Counted from the first letter of the stretch, positions 17,766-26,714 are shown. The stretch is 64,000 bases of DNA from an uncultured Candidatus Saccharibacteria bacterium (GCA_964608605.1 CAZSOS010000002.1:105569-169568); one strand, 5' to 3'. Notes: generated by a model from the letters alone, not told the origin. Program-made: numbers and translations.

Positions 17766-18038
17766 TCAATGACGGATGGAAAAATCGTCGTGAACGGTCT
17801 TGATCGAACGCCATTCGACCGCCACCGCCTCGACCTTGGAAAGCAACGATCCCTCATGGAGGTGCTCGACGAACTCCTTGAGCACGGTCGGATCGGCCTG
17901 CGCCACGATCTCGACCGTGCCGTCAGGCAAGTTGCGGGCATAGCCGGTCACGCCCAGTTGGTCGGCCGCGGCCTCGACGTAGGCTCGATAGGCCACCGCC
18001 TGGACCTTGCCGGACACGATGCAATACATCTCTACCAT
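17766..18038 (-). CDS. acyP: Acylphosphatase
   Basis: 90 aa. VSGKVQAVAYRAYV matches the VxGxVQGVxFR motif family, and NLPDGTVEI is present. Confidence 0.85.
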   Translation of the reverse strand: MVEMYCIVSGKVQAVAYRAYVEAAADQLGVTGYARNLPDGTVEIVAQADPTVLKEFVEHLHEGSLLSKVEAVAVEWRSIKTVHDDFSIRH

Positions 18039-18105
18039 GACTCGAAGTATAATCCATCCTAAATATAAAACCGAGAGCTTTGACCACTCTCGGTTTCATA
18101 TCATG

Positions 18106-18179
18106 TGGGCGCTGAGGGATTCGAACCCCCGACCCTCTAGGTGTAAGCTAGATGCTCTAACCAACTGAGCTAAGCGCCC
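18106..18179 (-). tRNA. tRNA-Val (anticodon TAC)
   Basis: Acceptor GGGCGCT/AGCGCCC. D-arm GCTCAGTTGGTTAGAGC. Anticodon loop CTTACAC. A hairpin plus T-run terminator lies immediately downstream on the minus strand (18071-18096). Confidence 0.85.
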
Positions 18180-18367
18180 CTCCTGCCGCCACATACTACC
18201 TGTTTTCAAGGATTTTTCAACACGTGGAAAATCTGTTAGGGTTAGGGGCGAGGAAGATTCCTCGCCCTTGTAAGAAACTTCTTCTTCGCTCTCCCCTGTA
18301 TGAGTAATTCATACAGGACCAGCGTTCGGAACCAAAATGTAAGCCAGCTTTCATTTGTTCCTCACTT

Positions 18368-18439
18368 GCCCCTGTAGTTAAATGGATATAACTGCGGACT
18401 TCTAAGCCGTTATTCTTGGTTCGATTCCAAGCGGGGGCA
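18368..18439 (+). tRNA. tRNA-Arg (anticodon TCT)
   Basis: Acceptor GCCCCTG/CGGGGGC with one GU pair. Anticodon loop CTTCTAA. T-arm CTTGG/TTCGATT/CCAAG. There is one A:G mismatch closing the anticodon stem. Confidence 0.75.
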
Positions 18440-18535
18440 CAAGTTAATGCTAGGATGAGCGACCGAAGAGAATCGTAGAATCGGCAACAAAACCACTCTT
18501 CGAGTGGTTTTGTTGCGTCATATCAAAGCCGGTAG

Positions 18536-19312
18536 CTACTCGACACGAATCGACTCGTAGAACGCAGAGCACCAAGGTTCCCTGGCGCCGGGACAGCCTG
18601 TAAACTTGTATGTATACTGAGAACCTTCAAGAAAAAATCCGTAATCTCCCATGTGTGACCTCTCCGCGCACTCGATGCCAGAAATATGATCATTGATTGA
18701 CTTCTCTTTACATTCGCCTTCTGCAAAACTTGCCGTGAGACTAGCCAGCGAACCGGCAGGAAACAGGATAACGTTATTATGTGCGACACCACCTGACTCC
18801 AAACATCCTTCGGGACAAGGATTAAGAGTCCCAAACACAATCGTGCCCACCCCAAATTCCTCTGTCCGATCATAGGGTGTCAACTGATAATATGGCGCAC
18901 CCCATCCAGCATTGTACGGCACTTGCATAGAAAGACCGTCCGCATAATATGGCACGAGCATATAAGGGGAATTTTCATCTTCTGCCCGATAAAGACGAGG
19001 TCTGTCTTCTTTCGAAATGCCAAAGCGCTCCATCAACTCAAGCTCGCGCGCCTCAAGCGCAGAGCGGGAGAATATCGGTCTAGACACCGAAAATGTTTGT
19101 ACGCTTTCCGTAGTCTGTGATGACTCTACCTCCAAGGGAAGCGCTCCCTCTTCAGAGATAGAAAGCGGAGAAGCGTACCAATATCCAAGGGAAAACCCTA
19201 CAAACGGCAAAACAACGAGGAGCGCGAGCGTAAGGTACTTAGAGAGTGGCGTAACGCGATTCCACCAAGGTGTTTCGGCTACGCTGGTCGAATCCATGTT
19301 TTCTGAGTCCAT
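18536..19312 (-). CDS. Hypothetical membrane-anchored Cys-containing protein, in a lower-GC stretch
   Basis: N-terminal TM segment. No recognisable domain. Local GC is visibly lower than the surroundings. Confidence 0.45.
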   Translation of the reverse strand: MDSENMDSTSVAETPWWNRVTPLSKYLTLALLVVLPFVGFSLGYWYASPLSISEEGALPLEVESSQTTESVQTFSVSRPIFSRSALEARELELMERFGISKEDRPRLYRAEDENSPYMLVPYYADGLSMQVPYNAGWGAPYYQLTPYDRTEEFGVGTIVFGTLNPCPEGCLESGGVAHNNVILFPAGSLASLTASFAEGECKEKSINDHISGIECAERSHMGDYGFFLEGSQYTYKFTGCPGAREPWCSAFYESIRVE

Positions 19313-19464
19313 GACGCCATGATGTCACACAATAGATAAAAAATTAAAGACGATGTGTGGATTCTGTCTTTATGTTCTGACTGAAAGAGTTCTTAGCGTT
19401 ATCATGGAATCATTTGGAAGAGGGCGTCGCCTACACAGTATCGAGACCGAACAGGGGCATATAG

Positions 19465-19809
19465 CTAATCGGTCGCTTGGTCGATTTCTATATCGGGAGT
19501 GATCAAAGACATGCCTTTGAGGATAAGCTCGGCCCGGGTCGCCCTTTCTTCGTACTCGCGCCAGATCTCCTGTACTTTTGTCGAATCGTAAAGAGACTCC
19601 TCGGCCTCAACCTGCGACAGCTGGCTCTCCATGTCGCTCCAATAATAGAACCGGTAGGCGGCATAACCGGCGGCGGCCACGATCAAGAGCAGGCCGACAA
19701 CCAAAATCATCGCCCAGCCCGTGAGGATCGAGCTAGCAGCGTTGCCAAAGGCCGCCCGGCGGCGGCCGATGTCTTTTATCCTGGAAAAGATGTCGGAAGG
19801 AACGCGCAT
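19465..19809 (-). CDS. Small single-TM protein at the end of the pilMNO cluster (PilP-like position)
   Basis: TM segment plus an acidic coiled region. Called on position only. Confidence 0.35.
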   Translation of the reverse strand: MRVPSDIFSRIKDIGRRRAAFGNAASSILTGWAMILVVGLLLIVAAAGYAAYRFYYWSDMESQLSQVEAEESLYDSTKVQEIWREYEERATRAELILKGMSLITPDIEIDQATD

Positions 19810-19813
19810 ATCT

Positions 19814-20314
19814 CTATTCTCGCACACTTACCAAGACCGTCACACTCGCTTCCGCCACGTCCGTCTGGCGGGATAAGGACAGGCTCTCGATCCGGGAACG
19901 GTATGGCAGAAGCTCGAGAAGTTCGATCATCTTTTCCACCAACCGTACGTCTCCCTTGATGGCGAACGAGGCCGAGAGTTCGTCGAAGCCGGATTCCTTG
20001 GTCTTCACCACCTTGAGGCCGGTGGCCGCGGTCTCGACCCCGACCTGTTTGGCCAGATCTTCCACGTAGGCCAGGAACCTGACCGCGTCACTTTCGGAAT
20101 CCAGCACCAATCGTCCCAGCTTGGCGGCCGACTCCGACCGCTCTTCCCCTTCCGCGCCCGGTCGCGTCGCTTCCCAGGCTTTGAGGCTCATGACGCCTTC
20201 CTTGATGCTCCGACCGTAGCGTTCCTGTTCGTGCCAGACATAAGCGGCGGCGCCCCCGGCCAAGAGCAGGATACCCAGCGAGATGATGAATAATTTTCCG
20301 GCGGAATTTCTCAT
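19814..20314 (-). CDS. Type IV pilus assembly protein PilO-like
   Basis: Single N-terminal TM plus a periplasmic domain. Lies immediately downstream of the PilN-like gene. Confidence 0.5.
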   Translation of the reverse strand: MRNSAGKLFIISLGILLLAGGAAAYVWHEQERYGRSIKEGVMSLKAWEATRPGAEGEERSESAAKLGRLVLDSESDAVRFLAYVEDLAKQVGVETAATGLKVVKTKESGFDELSASFAIKGDVRLVEKMIELLELLPYRSRIESLSLSRQTDVAEASVTVLVSVRE

Positions 20315-20319
20315 AGAAT

Positions 20320-20838
20320 CTATTTGATCGTGGCCGTTATGGTAAAGGCGGCGTCGCGTTCGTTCACCAGGCTCGCGAGCGGCAGCTCCACCGCTGAGAA
20401 CTGCTTGTCAGCAGTGACGATCTCGCGGAACTCCGAAAGCGCCGCCCGCGTCTTGGCGATGCCGCTTAGGCTCATCTTGTTCTTGGCGTCGAAAGAGAAC
20501 TGGCGCAACTGGATGTCAGGTCCGGCCAGTTCGTCCAGTTTTCTAATGATCTCGAAGTGACCACGCTCCGAATGCTTCTGTGAGAAATGCTCGACCAGCG
20601 TGCTGACGGCGCGGGCTTCGCGCTCGCGCTCCTGGCGCCCCTCTTCGATGCGGGCCATGAGGTCGGGGTCGGCGGCGGCGCTGCCGACCTGATGCCGCTG
20701 CATCAGCCAGGTGGGCAAAGACAGCGCGAAGAACACCAGGAAAGCCGCGGCCAGCATCAGCATGAAGACGGAAGCGAACCTCAGCCGCTGTTCGCGCCTT
20801 AATCTACTCAGGGCTTTGGGAGGCAGAAGATTGATCAT
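20320..20838 (-). CDS. pilN: Type IV pilus assembly protein PilN
   Basis: MINLLPPKALSRLRREQRL is the characteristic PilN N-terminus, followed by a TM segment. The stop overlaps the next gene. Confidence 0.65.
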   Translation of the reverse strand: MINLLPPKALSRLRREQRLRFASVFMLMLAAAFLVFFALSLPTWLMQRHQVGSAAADPDLMARIEEGRQEREREARAVSTLVEHFSQKHSERGHFEIIRKLDELAGPDIQLRQFSFDAKNKMSLSGIAKTRAALSEFREIVTADKQFSAVELPLASLVNERDAAFTITATIK

Positions 20839-21929
20839 GAAGCGGATGAAAAAGAAGCCAGGGCCAGGCCGACGGCGGTGGCGTAACCATAGGAATGGCG
20901 GCGATCGATGGCCGGGGCCAGGAGCTTGGAATCGAAAGCATTCTGCCAGACGTCGGCCAGAGTCGCTTCGATGCCCAGGGTCTCTGATAAGTATGAGGTC
21001 AGGCCGCGCAAGTTGGCGCTGCCGCCGCAGACGATCACGTGGTCGACCGGCCGGGCCACGCCGTTCTTCTCGTTCCAGTACTGCACGCGCGCCTGCACCT
21101 CGTCCTTGATGGACGAGATTATCGGCAACAAAGCTTCCGAGGAATCGTGCCGATCGCCGCCTTTCACCAGACCGAACTGGTTTTTAATGGCGGTCAGCTC
21201 GTCCTCTGGTCTGTCGCCGAGCTGTCGCCGCAGAGCGGCCGACAGATCATCGCCGCCCAGATCGATGGTCGAAGTGTACAGGAGCTGATCATCGTGCACG
21301 ATGCCAAGTCCAGTACGGGACCGGCCGAAGTCGATGAGGACGCGCGTGCCGCGGTCCCCCCGAGGCAGGACCGCTCGGGCGATCGCGGCCGATTCCACCT
21401 CGAAAGACAATGGTGTCACCAGAGCGGCGCGACAAGCTTCGTGATACGCGTCAGCTACCTCCTTGGCGCAGACGGTCACGGAGACCGGACGGCCTTCATG
21501 ACCTTTCGATCTGAGATAGCTGAAATCGAAATAGGCATCTCGCGGCGACAGCGGCACGTTCTCCTCGAGTCGGAACTCCAGCTGCTGCCGCACCTCTCTG
21601 GGTGTCAGCCCCGGCTCGATCTCGGTCTCGAACACGTACACCCGTTCCTCCGGCAGGGATAGCCGCATGTGGGACACGCCCGTCGCTTTCCTCACTCCGG
21701 CCAAAGCGGTGGCCAAGGCCGACACGTCCTTGATCTCACCTTTGGAGAGCACCTCGGGTTTGAGCGGGACCTCTCCGTGTTTCGCCAGAGTCAGAGCGAA
21801 CATGCCGACGTGGCTCGGTTCGAAGCCGACGTACTTTATCGATGTCTCGGAAATATCCACGCCCAATCCGGCCACCCGCAATATACCGGGCGGCGGCAGC
21901 CAGCGATTCATGACCTCAAGGATCCGCAT
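20835..21929 (-). CDS. pilM: Type IV pilus assembly protein PilM (actin-like ATPase)
   Basis: Actin/FtsA-like fold with LGVDISETSIKYV...IDFGRSRTGLGIV...VIVCGGSANLRGL. The start is placed at MRILEV (21929); the longer ORF upstream is low-complexity. Confidence 0.8.
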   Translation of the reverse strand: MRILEVMNRWLPPPGILRVAGLGVDISETSIKYVGFEPSHVGMFALTLAKHGEVPLKPEVLSKGEIKDVSALATALAGVRKATGVSHMRLSLPEERVYVFETEIEPGLTPREVRQQLEFRLEENVPLSPRDAYFDFSYLRSKGHEGRPVSVTVCAKEVADAYHEACRAALVTPLSFEVESAAIARAVLPRGDRGTRVLIDFGRSRTGLGIVHDDQLLYTSTIDLGGDDLSAALRRQLGDRPEDELTAIKNQFGLVKGGDRHDSSEALLPIISSIKDEVQARVQYWNEKNGVARPVDHVIVCGGSANLRGLTSYLSETLGIEATLADVWQNAFDSKLLAPAIDRRHSYGYATAVGLALASFSSAS

Positions 21930-21986
21930 CCGTTCATTATAACCTCCCCACGACCCGACCGCCTGTGGGAACAGTGGGCTATGTGA

Positions 21987-22020
21987 TAAAAAACCGAAGC
22001 GGCGACCGCTTCGGTTTTTT
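21987..22020. terminator. Hairpin terminator
   Basis: AAAAAACCGAAGCGG-CGA-CCGCTTCGGTTTTTT. Confidence 0.6.
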
Positions 22021-22369
22021 ATTTTATCTTCGTTCCCGCCGGTAACGACACGGACGGATACAAGAGCGCGAATGCTTCCTCGGTGCTGGCCGCCAAGATC
22101 ATGCCTTGGCTTTCGATACCACGGATGACGCGCGGCTCCAGATTGGTCAAGAACGGACATTGCCTTCCCACCAATACCTGCGGATCCTCGAAGTAGGTTC
22201 GGATGCCGGAGACGATCTGCCGCGGCCGACTCTCCCCTGTCTCGTCCTTTTCGCCGACGTCCACGGATAGACGGAGCAGCTTATCGGCGCCTTCGACTAT
22301 CTCCACCGACAGGATGGTACCTATCTTGATCTCCAGCTTGGCGAATTCGTCGTAACTGATATTGGTCAT
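22019..22369 (-). CDS. tRNA-binding domain protein (CsaA/Trbp111/MetG C-terminal-like)
   Basis: FAKLEIKIGTILSVEIVEGADKLLRLSVDVGE is the OB-fold tRNA-binding signature. Confidence 0.8.
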   Translation of the reverse strand: MTNISYDEFAKLEIKIGTILSVEIVEGADKLLRLSVDVGEKDETGESRPRQIVSGIRTYFEDPQVLVGRQCPFLTNLEPRVIRGIESQGMILAASTEEAFALLYPSVSLPAGTKIK

Positions 22370-22749
22370 TATTTACTTTTGGTTATGAAACTGTTCAAGA
22401 TGATGGCCGCGGCTGAGGCGTCCGTCTGCGCCGTGCGTCCCTGGCCCCGAAGCGCTTCCTGGGTCGAATACTGTTCCGGCTCCAGATGGATCGGCAGACC
22501 GACCCGCAGCGTCAGATCGCCGATCAACTCCTCGACCGCCGCGTGGACCGGATTCGGCCGGCCGTCCCGCCCCAGCGAATGTCCGATGACGATCTCGGCC
22601 ACCTTGCGCTCCTCGATCAGTCTCTCGAGCTCATCGAGCAGTTTGCCATCGTTGTCGAGCACGATATGCGGGAAGGCCATCTGCCCGCCTTCGTCCGAAA
22701 GCGCTATCCCCACTCGCTTGGTGCCATAGTCGATACCCATTAGTCGCAT
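22369..22749 (-). CDS. ruvX: Holliday-junction resolvase-like RNase H-fold protein YqgF/RuvX
   Basis: MRLMGIDYGTKRVGIALSD...is the YqgF N-terminus. Start chosen at the ATG at 22749. Confidence 0.85.
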   Translation of the reverse strand: MRLMGIDYGTKRVGIALSDEGGQMAFPHIVLDNDGKLLDELERLIEERKVAEIVIGHSLGRDGRPNPVHAAVEELIGDLTLRVGLPIHLEPEQYSTQEALRGQGRTAQTDASAAAIILNSFITKSK

Positions 22750-22833
22750 AATATCTCCAGAATATAGCACAGAATCCAAAAATCTTTGGTCTGTTGGTCT
22801 ATTTATTCAAATATGAAATGTTATTATTAACTA

Positions 22834-23292
22834 ATGGGAGCACGTCGTCCAAACTGCGAATGCACTGTCTGCGGCCAACGAATATATAGGAGACCTTTGC
22901 AAATTGAAGGTGGTCAAATTTTTTGTTCGCGCCAGTGTAGCGGTAAACATCAAAGAAAGGTGCGCGTCTGCGAAATTTGTAAGAAGGATTTCTTGGGTAT
23001 AAAGAAAAAATATTGTTCGCGGTCTTGTTCCAATAAATCTCGTACCGGTACAAAGTATAAAATCGGTAAACCGCACGACAAAGCGTTTTTGGTCAACAGT
23101 CTGAAGAAACAACTTGCTGACGCAAGAGGCGGTACATGTGAACGTTGCGGAGAGAAAAACTATGCCATATTACAGATCCACCATAAGCTAGAAAAACACC
23201 GTGGGGGCAACGATAAACCAGAAAATCTTGAATTGCTTTGTCCCAATTGCCATTATTCTAACCACTTTGGCTTTCGTTTGTTCAAGAGCTGA
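22834..23292 (+). CDS. HNH endonuclease with an N-terminal Cys-rich zinc-ribbon region
   Basis: The HNH motif is ILQIHHKLEKHRGGNDKPENLELLCPNCH. There are several CxxC pairs. The gene lies in an AT-rich segment (about 40% GC). Confidence 0.85.
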   Translation: MGARRPNCECTVCGQRIYRRPLQIEGGQIFCSRQCSGKHQRKVRVCEICKKDFLGIKKKYCSRSCSNKSRTGTKYKIGKPHDKAFLVNSLKKQLADARGGTCERCGEKNYAILQIHHKLEKHRGGNDKPENLELLCPNCHYSNHFGFRLFKS

Positions 23293-23320
23293 AATGATGC
23301 TAGAGTGCTCCTTAATAAAC

Positions 23321-23405
23321 GGAAGCGTAGCCAAGCGGTTTAAGGCACTTGTCTTGAAAACAAGCGTATCGAAAGGTACCGTGAGTTCGAATCTCACCGC
23401 TTCCG
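23321..23405 (+). tRNA. tRNA-Ser (anticodon TGA), type II
   Basis: Acceptor GGAAGCG/CGCTTCC. Anticodon loop CTTGAAA. Long variable arm. T-arm GTGAG/TTCGAAT/CTCAC. Confidence 0.85.
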
Positions 23406-23471
23406 CACTAAGAACCTGTTATCGGCATGACCCGAGTACCTAAGTTCGTAGATTTAAGCTAAAATAAGACC

Positions 23472-24251
23472 ATGAACCGAGGCTTTATTCAAATACCAAT
23501 TCTGATCGCCATACTTGCTGGTATAGCGGTATTTGGTGGCGCTGGGTATGTTGCATACGAAGCTAGTCAGAAGTCTTCAGTTCCAGCCGAAGAATCAGTA
23601 ATCGAATCGACTACTGAAGCATCACTTGGAGAATCTGACGACGTTTCCACCACTTCTGCAGTTAAGACAAATAACGATATCATACAGAAAGAAATGCCTG
23701 CGTCACCGAAAGCCATAGTGTCGCCAGTTATTCCTGCAGCCACAGCTCCTTCAACATCTACACCAACGCAGATATCACTTACTGCTCAAATTCAAACACC
23801 GACCTCTACTGCATCGACAACGGCAAGTGCACCTACACCAACCGTTGCGCCAGCAGTTACTCCAACTCCAAAAGTAAAAGTTACCGCAAGTCCTGAAAAT
23901 GTTGAGTATAATGGCACCTCAGTTATTAGTTGGGTTGCCACAGACGCCTTGTCATGCACACTAGGTTCTTCTCCTGTTCTTCTTGCTGTCACAGGCTCTC
24001 ACTCAGTCGAGCCAACTGACCCTGGCGACGACTGGACAAAGACAAATAAGAAAACCTACTCTATTACATGCACTGGTACAGGTGGTTCTGTTTCTGAAGA
24101 TGTCACGGTAACCGTTCAATCCTGGGTACCACCTGCCGGATATAAAGTCTTACCGTATGGCCAATGCACTAGAGCAACAGCACCTTGTATTACAGGACCC
24201 GGTTTTGGCACGATATGTGAATTTGGCGGTGGATGTAGCACCGGTGGCTAA
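23472..24251 (+). CDS. Secreted/surface protein: TM anchor, Ser/Thr/Pro-rich linker, C-terminal Cys-containing beta-sandwich-like module
   Basis: A low-complexity TSTPT linker, then YSITCTGTGGSVSEDVTVTV, the same C-x-G-x-GG module seen in the CTD proteins. Lower GC than the backbone. Confidence 0.55.
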   Translation: MNRGFIQIPILIAILAGIAVFGGAGYVAYEASQKSSVPAEESVIESTTEASLGESDDVSTTSAVKTNNDIIQKEMPASPKAIVSPVIPAATAPSTSTPTQISLTAQIQTPTSTASTTASAPTPTVAPAVTPTPKVKVTASPENVEYNGTSVISWVATDALSCTLGSSPVLLAVTGSHSVEPTDPGDDWTKTNKKTYSITCTGTGGSVSEDVTVTVQSWVPPAGYKVLPYGQCTRATAPCITGPGFGTICEFGGGCSTGG

Positions 24252-24257
24252 ATTGCC

Positions 24258-24740
24258 ATGTCGCTTCCTAGTATCACAATTCAAATATCTGCCGATAGTG
24301 TTGCTTGGTATGGGGCAATAATCGCAACAATTGCGGCGGTGGTTTCAATTTATAATGCTTGGCGTGACCGCTCTCGAATAGCTTTAGAGTTTGGTAAAAA
24401 CTTTCGTCGCGTCGAAGAATGGGATCAAGCGCTCTTCTATATCTCGATTGTGAACCGTGGACGGCGACCTGTAAAAATTGATAAGGCATGGGTGAAACTT
24501 TACGGATATAAAGGAGAGGCCTTAATAGCCGATAGCTTAGGTACACGCTTAGACCGCACACTGGACGAGAGAAATCCAAAAATTACCTTTTGGGCAAAAG
24601 AAAGCACTTTAGATACGAGTCGCATTTATTGCGTTTTTGCCTCAGACGAAACTGGAAGAGTATACAAGAGATACATCACGAATTTCCCAACATTTATGCG
24701 GCTATGGTGGGTCTTTAAAAAGAAAAGTGTAGCAAAGTAA
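24258..24740 (+). CDS. Hypothetical membrane-anchored protein (island gene)
   Basis: N-terminal TM segment. About 42% GC. No motif. Confidence 0.45.
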   Translation: MSLPSITIQISADSVAWYGAIIATIAAVVSIYNAWRDRSRIALEFGKNFRRVEEWDQALFYISIVNRGRRPVKIDKAWVKLYGYKGEALIADSLGTRLDRTLDERNPKITFWAKESTLDTSRIYCVFASDETGRVYKRYITNFPTFMRLWWVFKKKSVAK

Positions 24741-24871
24741 TTTTATTTACCCATGACCCACATGCCTCATTTCAACCTCTGAAAGTTTGCTGAAATACCT
24801 TTATGGTGCCTCACCGCCCTGGTACTGAACCCGAGTAGCCCGCATCGAAGATGTGATCCAGTGCCGTATAA

Positions 24872-25498
24872 TTGTCCATTATGGCCAAACGATCACAGAA
24901 CCTGAACCGGTACTTCCTCCAGGACATCAATCCGGTGGTGCGCTTCCTCATCGTCTCGGAAACGGTGAGCGCCGGCGCGGTCGGACTCCTGGGCCCGATC
25001 TTCGCCCTCTTCATCGATGACTTCATCATCGGCTCGAACGAAGCGGTGGTCGGTCTGGCGGCTGGCATCTTCCTCTTATCGAAGAGTCTCTTCCAGATAC
25101 CGATCGCGCATTACCTGGATCGGATCCGCGGCGAGAAGGATGACTTCTGGTTTCTCTTCGGCTCGACGGTGCTCACCGCCCTCATTCCCCTACTTTATCT
25201 GGTCATCGATACTCCGATGGAACTGTACCTGGTCCAGTTCGCGCTGGGTATCATCACCGCCGCCACCTATCCGTCTTTCATGGCCATCTTGACCCGACAC
25301 ATGGATAAAGGAAAGGAAGGCATGGAATGGGGCATCTATTTCACCCTGACCGACATCTCGAGCGCGGCCTTAGCCATCATCGGCGGCTTCGTGGCCGCCA
25401 CCGCCGGTTTCCCGGCACTCATCACCGCCGTCGTGATCATCTCGCTAATGAGCGCCGTCTTGATGGTACCGATAAGACCGTATCTCAAAAAGAGGTAG
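24872..25498 (+). CDS. Six-TM membrane protein (half-MFS-like)
   Basis: About six hydrophobic helices. A TATAAT sits 9 nt upstream of the ATG, so the transcript may be leaderless. Confidence 0.5.
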   Translation: MSIMAKRSQNLNRYFLQDINPVVRFLIVSETVSAGAVGLLGPIFALFIDDFIIGSNEAVVGLAAGIFLLSKSLFQIPIAHYLDRIRGEKDDFWFLFGSTVLTALIPLLYLVIDTPMELYLVQFALGIITAATYPSFMAILTRHMDKGKEGMEWGIYFTLTDISSAALAIIGGFVAATAGFPALITAVVIISLMSAVLMVPIRPYLKKR

Positions 25499-25592
25499 CC
25501 AGAGCGACGTAAGTGTGTTATTTTAGTTGACGCTACTTTCATCAAAGTAGCGCTATGAACTGGGATGAAAGCTTGCTTTCATCCGCCCCCTC

Positions 25593-25664
25593 GCTCCCGT
25601 AGTTTAATGGATAGAATGCAGGTTTGCGGTACCTGCGATCCAGGTTCGATTCCTGGCGGGAGCA
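25593..25664 (+). tRNA. tRNA-Arg with apparent anticodon GCG (unusual)
   Basis: Clean cloverleaf: acceptor GCTCCCG/CGGGAGC, anticodon stem CAGGT/ACCTG, loop TTGCGGT, T-arm CCAGG/TTCGATT/CCTGG. Position 34 is G, not the usual A (inosine). Confidence 0.65.
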
Positions 25665-25839
25665 CAAATGGCCGGCGCCGACACGTGAGTGTCGGCGCCG
25701 TTTGCCGACCGCCAGGAATCGAACCCCTTGCCGGGGACCCCTTGGGTCGGCAAGGGGCGGGGTCGCGGCTCGTTACCAGGATCGGAGCGAAGCGAACGAT
25801 TATGGTTACGAGCGGTGACCGGTTCCTGGCGTTCTTTAT

Positions 25840-26334
25840 TCAAAACCCCAGCCACTCCAGCAGCTTGTTGCCCAACGGTTCATGAAGCTCCTCTTCGGGC
25901 AGGCGTTCGCGGAGCAACGATTCGATGTCCTCAAGATGTTCCTCCGGTATCGGCATCACGATGAGCGGCATGTGCAGGCGGTTGGATTTCACCAATAGCT
26001 GCGGACCGCGCTCGTCCTCCTCATCGATACAGAAGGATTCCAAGGCTCCGTAAGGGAACAGCCTCTCGCCGGCGCGGATCCCCCGCTTCCCCACCATGAA
26101 AGGCACGACCCGAGGCGGCTTCACCACCCGAAGCGCCATGACCCCGGCGCTAAGAAGAATGACCAAGGAGAACAGATAGTTGCCGAAGAAGAAGGCGGCC
26201 ACGGCGCCGCAAACGGCGATAATGCCCAAGATCCAGAACCAGTCGGAGCCGCGCTCGACATGGTGATGTTCGGGTGCTTCCCAAGTGATGGCGCGAATGC
26301 TTTCATCCATGACCGTCATTGTAACATCGGTCAA
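25840..26334 (-). CDS. Hypothetical membrane protein
   Basis: Two TM helices and an acidic C-terminal half. No motif. Confidence 0.5.
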   Translation of the reverse strand: MTDVTMTVMDESIRAITWEAPEHHHVERGSDWFWILGIIAVCGAVAAFFFGNYLFSLVILLSAGVMALRVVKPPRVVPFMVGKRGIRAGERLFPYGALESFCIDEEDERGPQLLVKSNRLHMPLIVMPIPEEHLEDIESLLRERLPEEELHEPLGNKLLEWLGF

Positions 26335-26373
26335 AACAAAAACACCCTCGCTCGGAGGATGTTTGTCGCGGAT

Positions 26374-26634
26374 CTAGCCCTTCTTCATCGCCGCCATCAG
26401 GCGGGACTTCTTGCGGGAGGCGGTGTTAGCCTTGATGACGCCCCGCTTGTTGGCCTTGTCGATGGCCTGGTAAGCGGAGGACATGAGTTTCTCGGCCTCG
26501 CCCTTGGCGCCGGAAGCGATGAGCTTGCGCACCTCCTTGACCGCGTCGTTCATCTTGTTCTTGCGGCGCACGTTAAAAACACGCTTGCGCTCGGACGAAC
26601 GGATAGCCTTCTTTGCTCCTTTAGTAATTGCCAT
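26374..26634 (-). CDS. rpsT: 30S ribosomal protein S20
   Basis: MAITKGAKKAIRSSERKRVFNVRRKN... is canonical S20. Confidence 0.9.
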   Translation of the reverse strand: MAITKGAKKAIRSSERKRVFNVRRKNKMNDAVKEVRKLIASGAKGEAEKLMSSAYQAIDKANKRGVIKANTASRKKSRLMAAMKKG

Positions 26635-26670
26635 ATCGCGAGAAATATACAGTAATTAGAGAGAAAACGC

Positions 26671-26700
26671 AAGCGGCGGGGCCTTCGGCCCCGCCGCTTT
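26671..26700. terminator. GC-rich hairpin terminator (copy 3 of the family) downstream of the CTD protein gene
   Basis: AAGCGGCGGGGCC-TTCG-GGCCCCGCCGCTT, identical core to the copies at 461 and 2109. Confidence 0.6.
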
Positions 26701-26714
26701 CCCGTCCTAGCTCC

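Noticed and set aside
25700-25790. Possible second tRNA on the minus strand downstream of tRNA-Arg
   Set aside because: Only the T-loop/acceptor 3' half (TTCGATTCCTGGCGG) is present. No matching T-stem 5' strand, D-arm or anticodon arm can be folded. I treated it as an inverted fragment or structure, not a gene.
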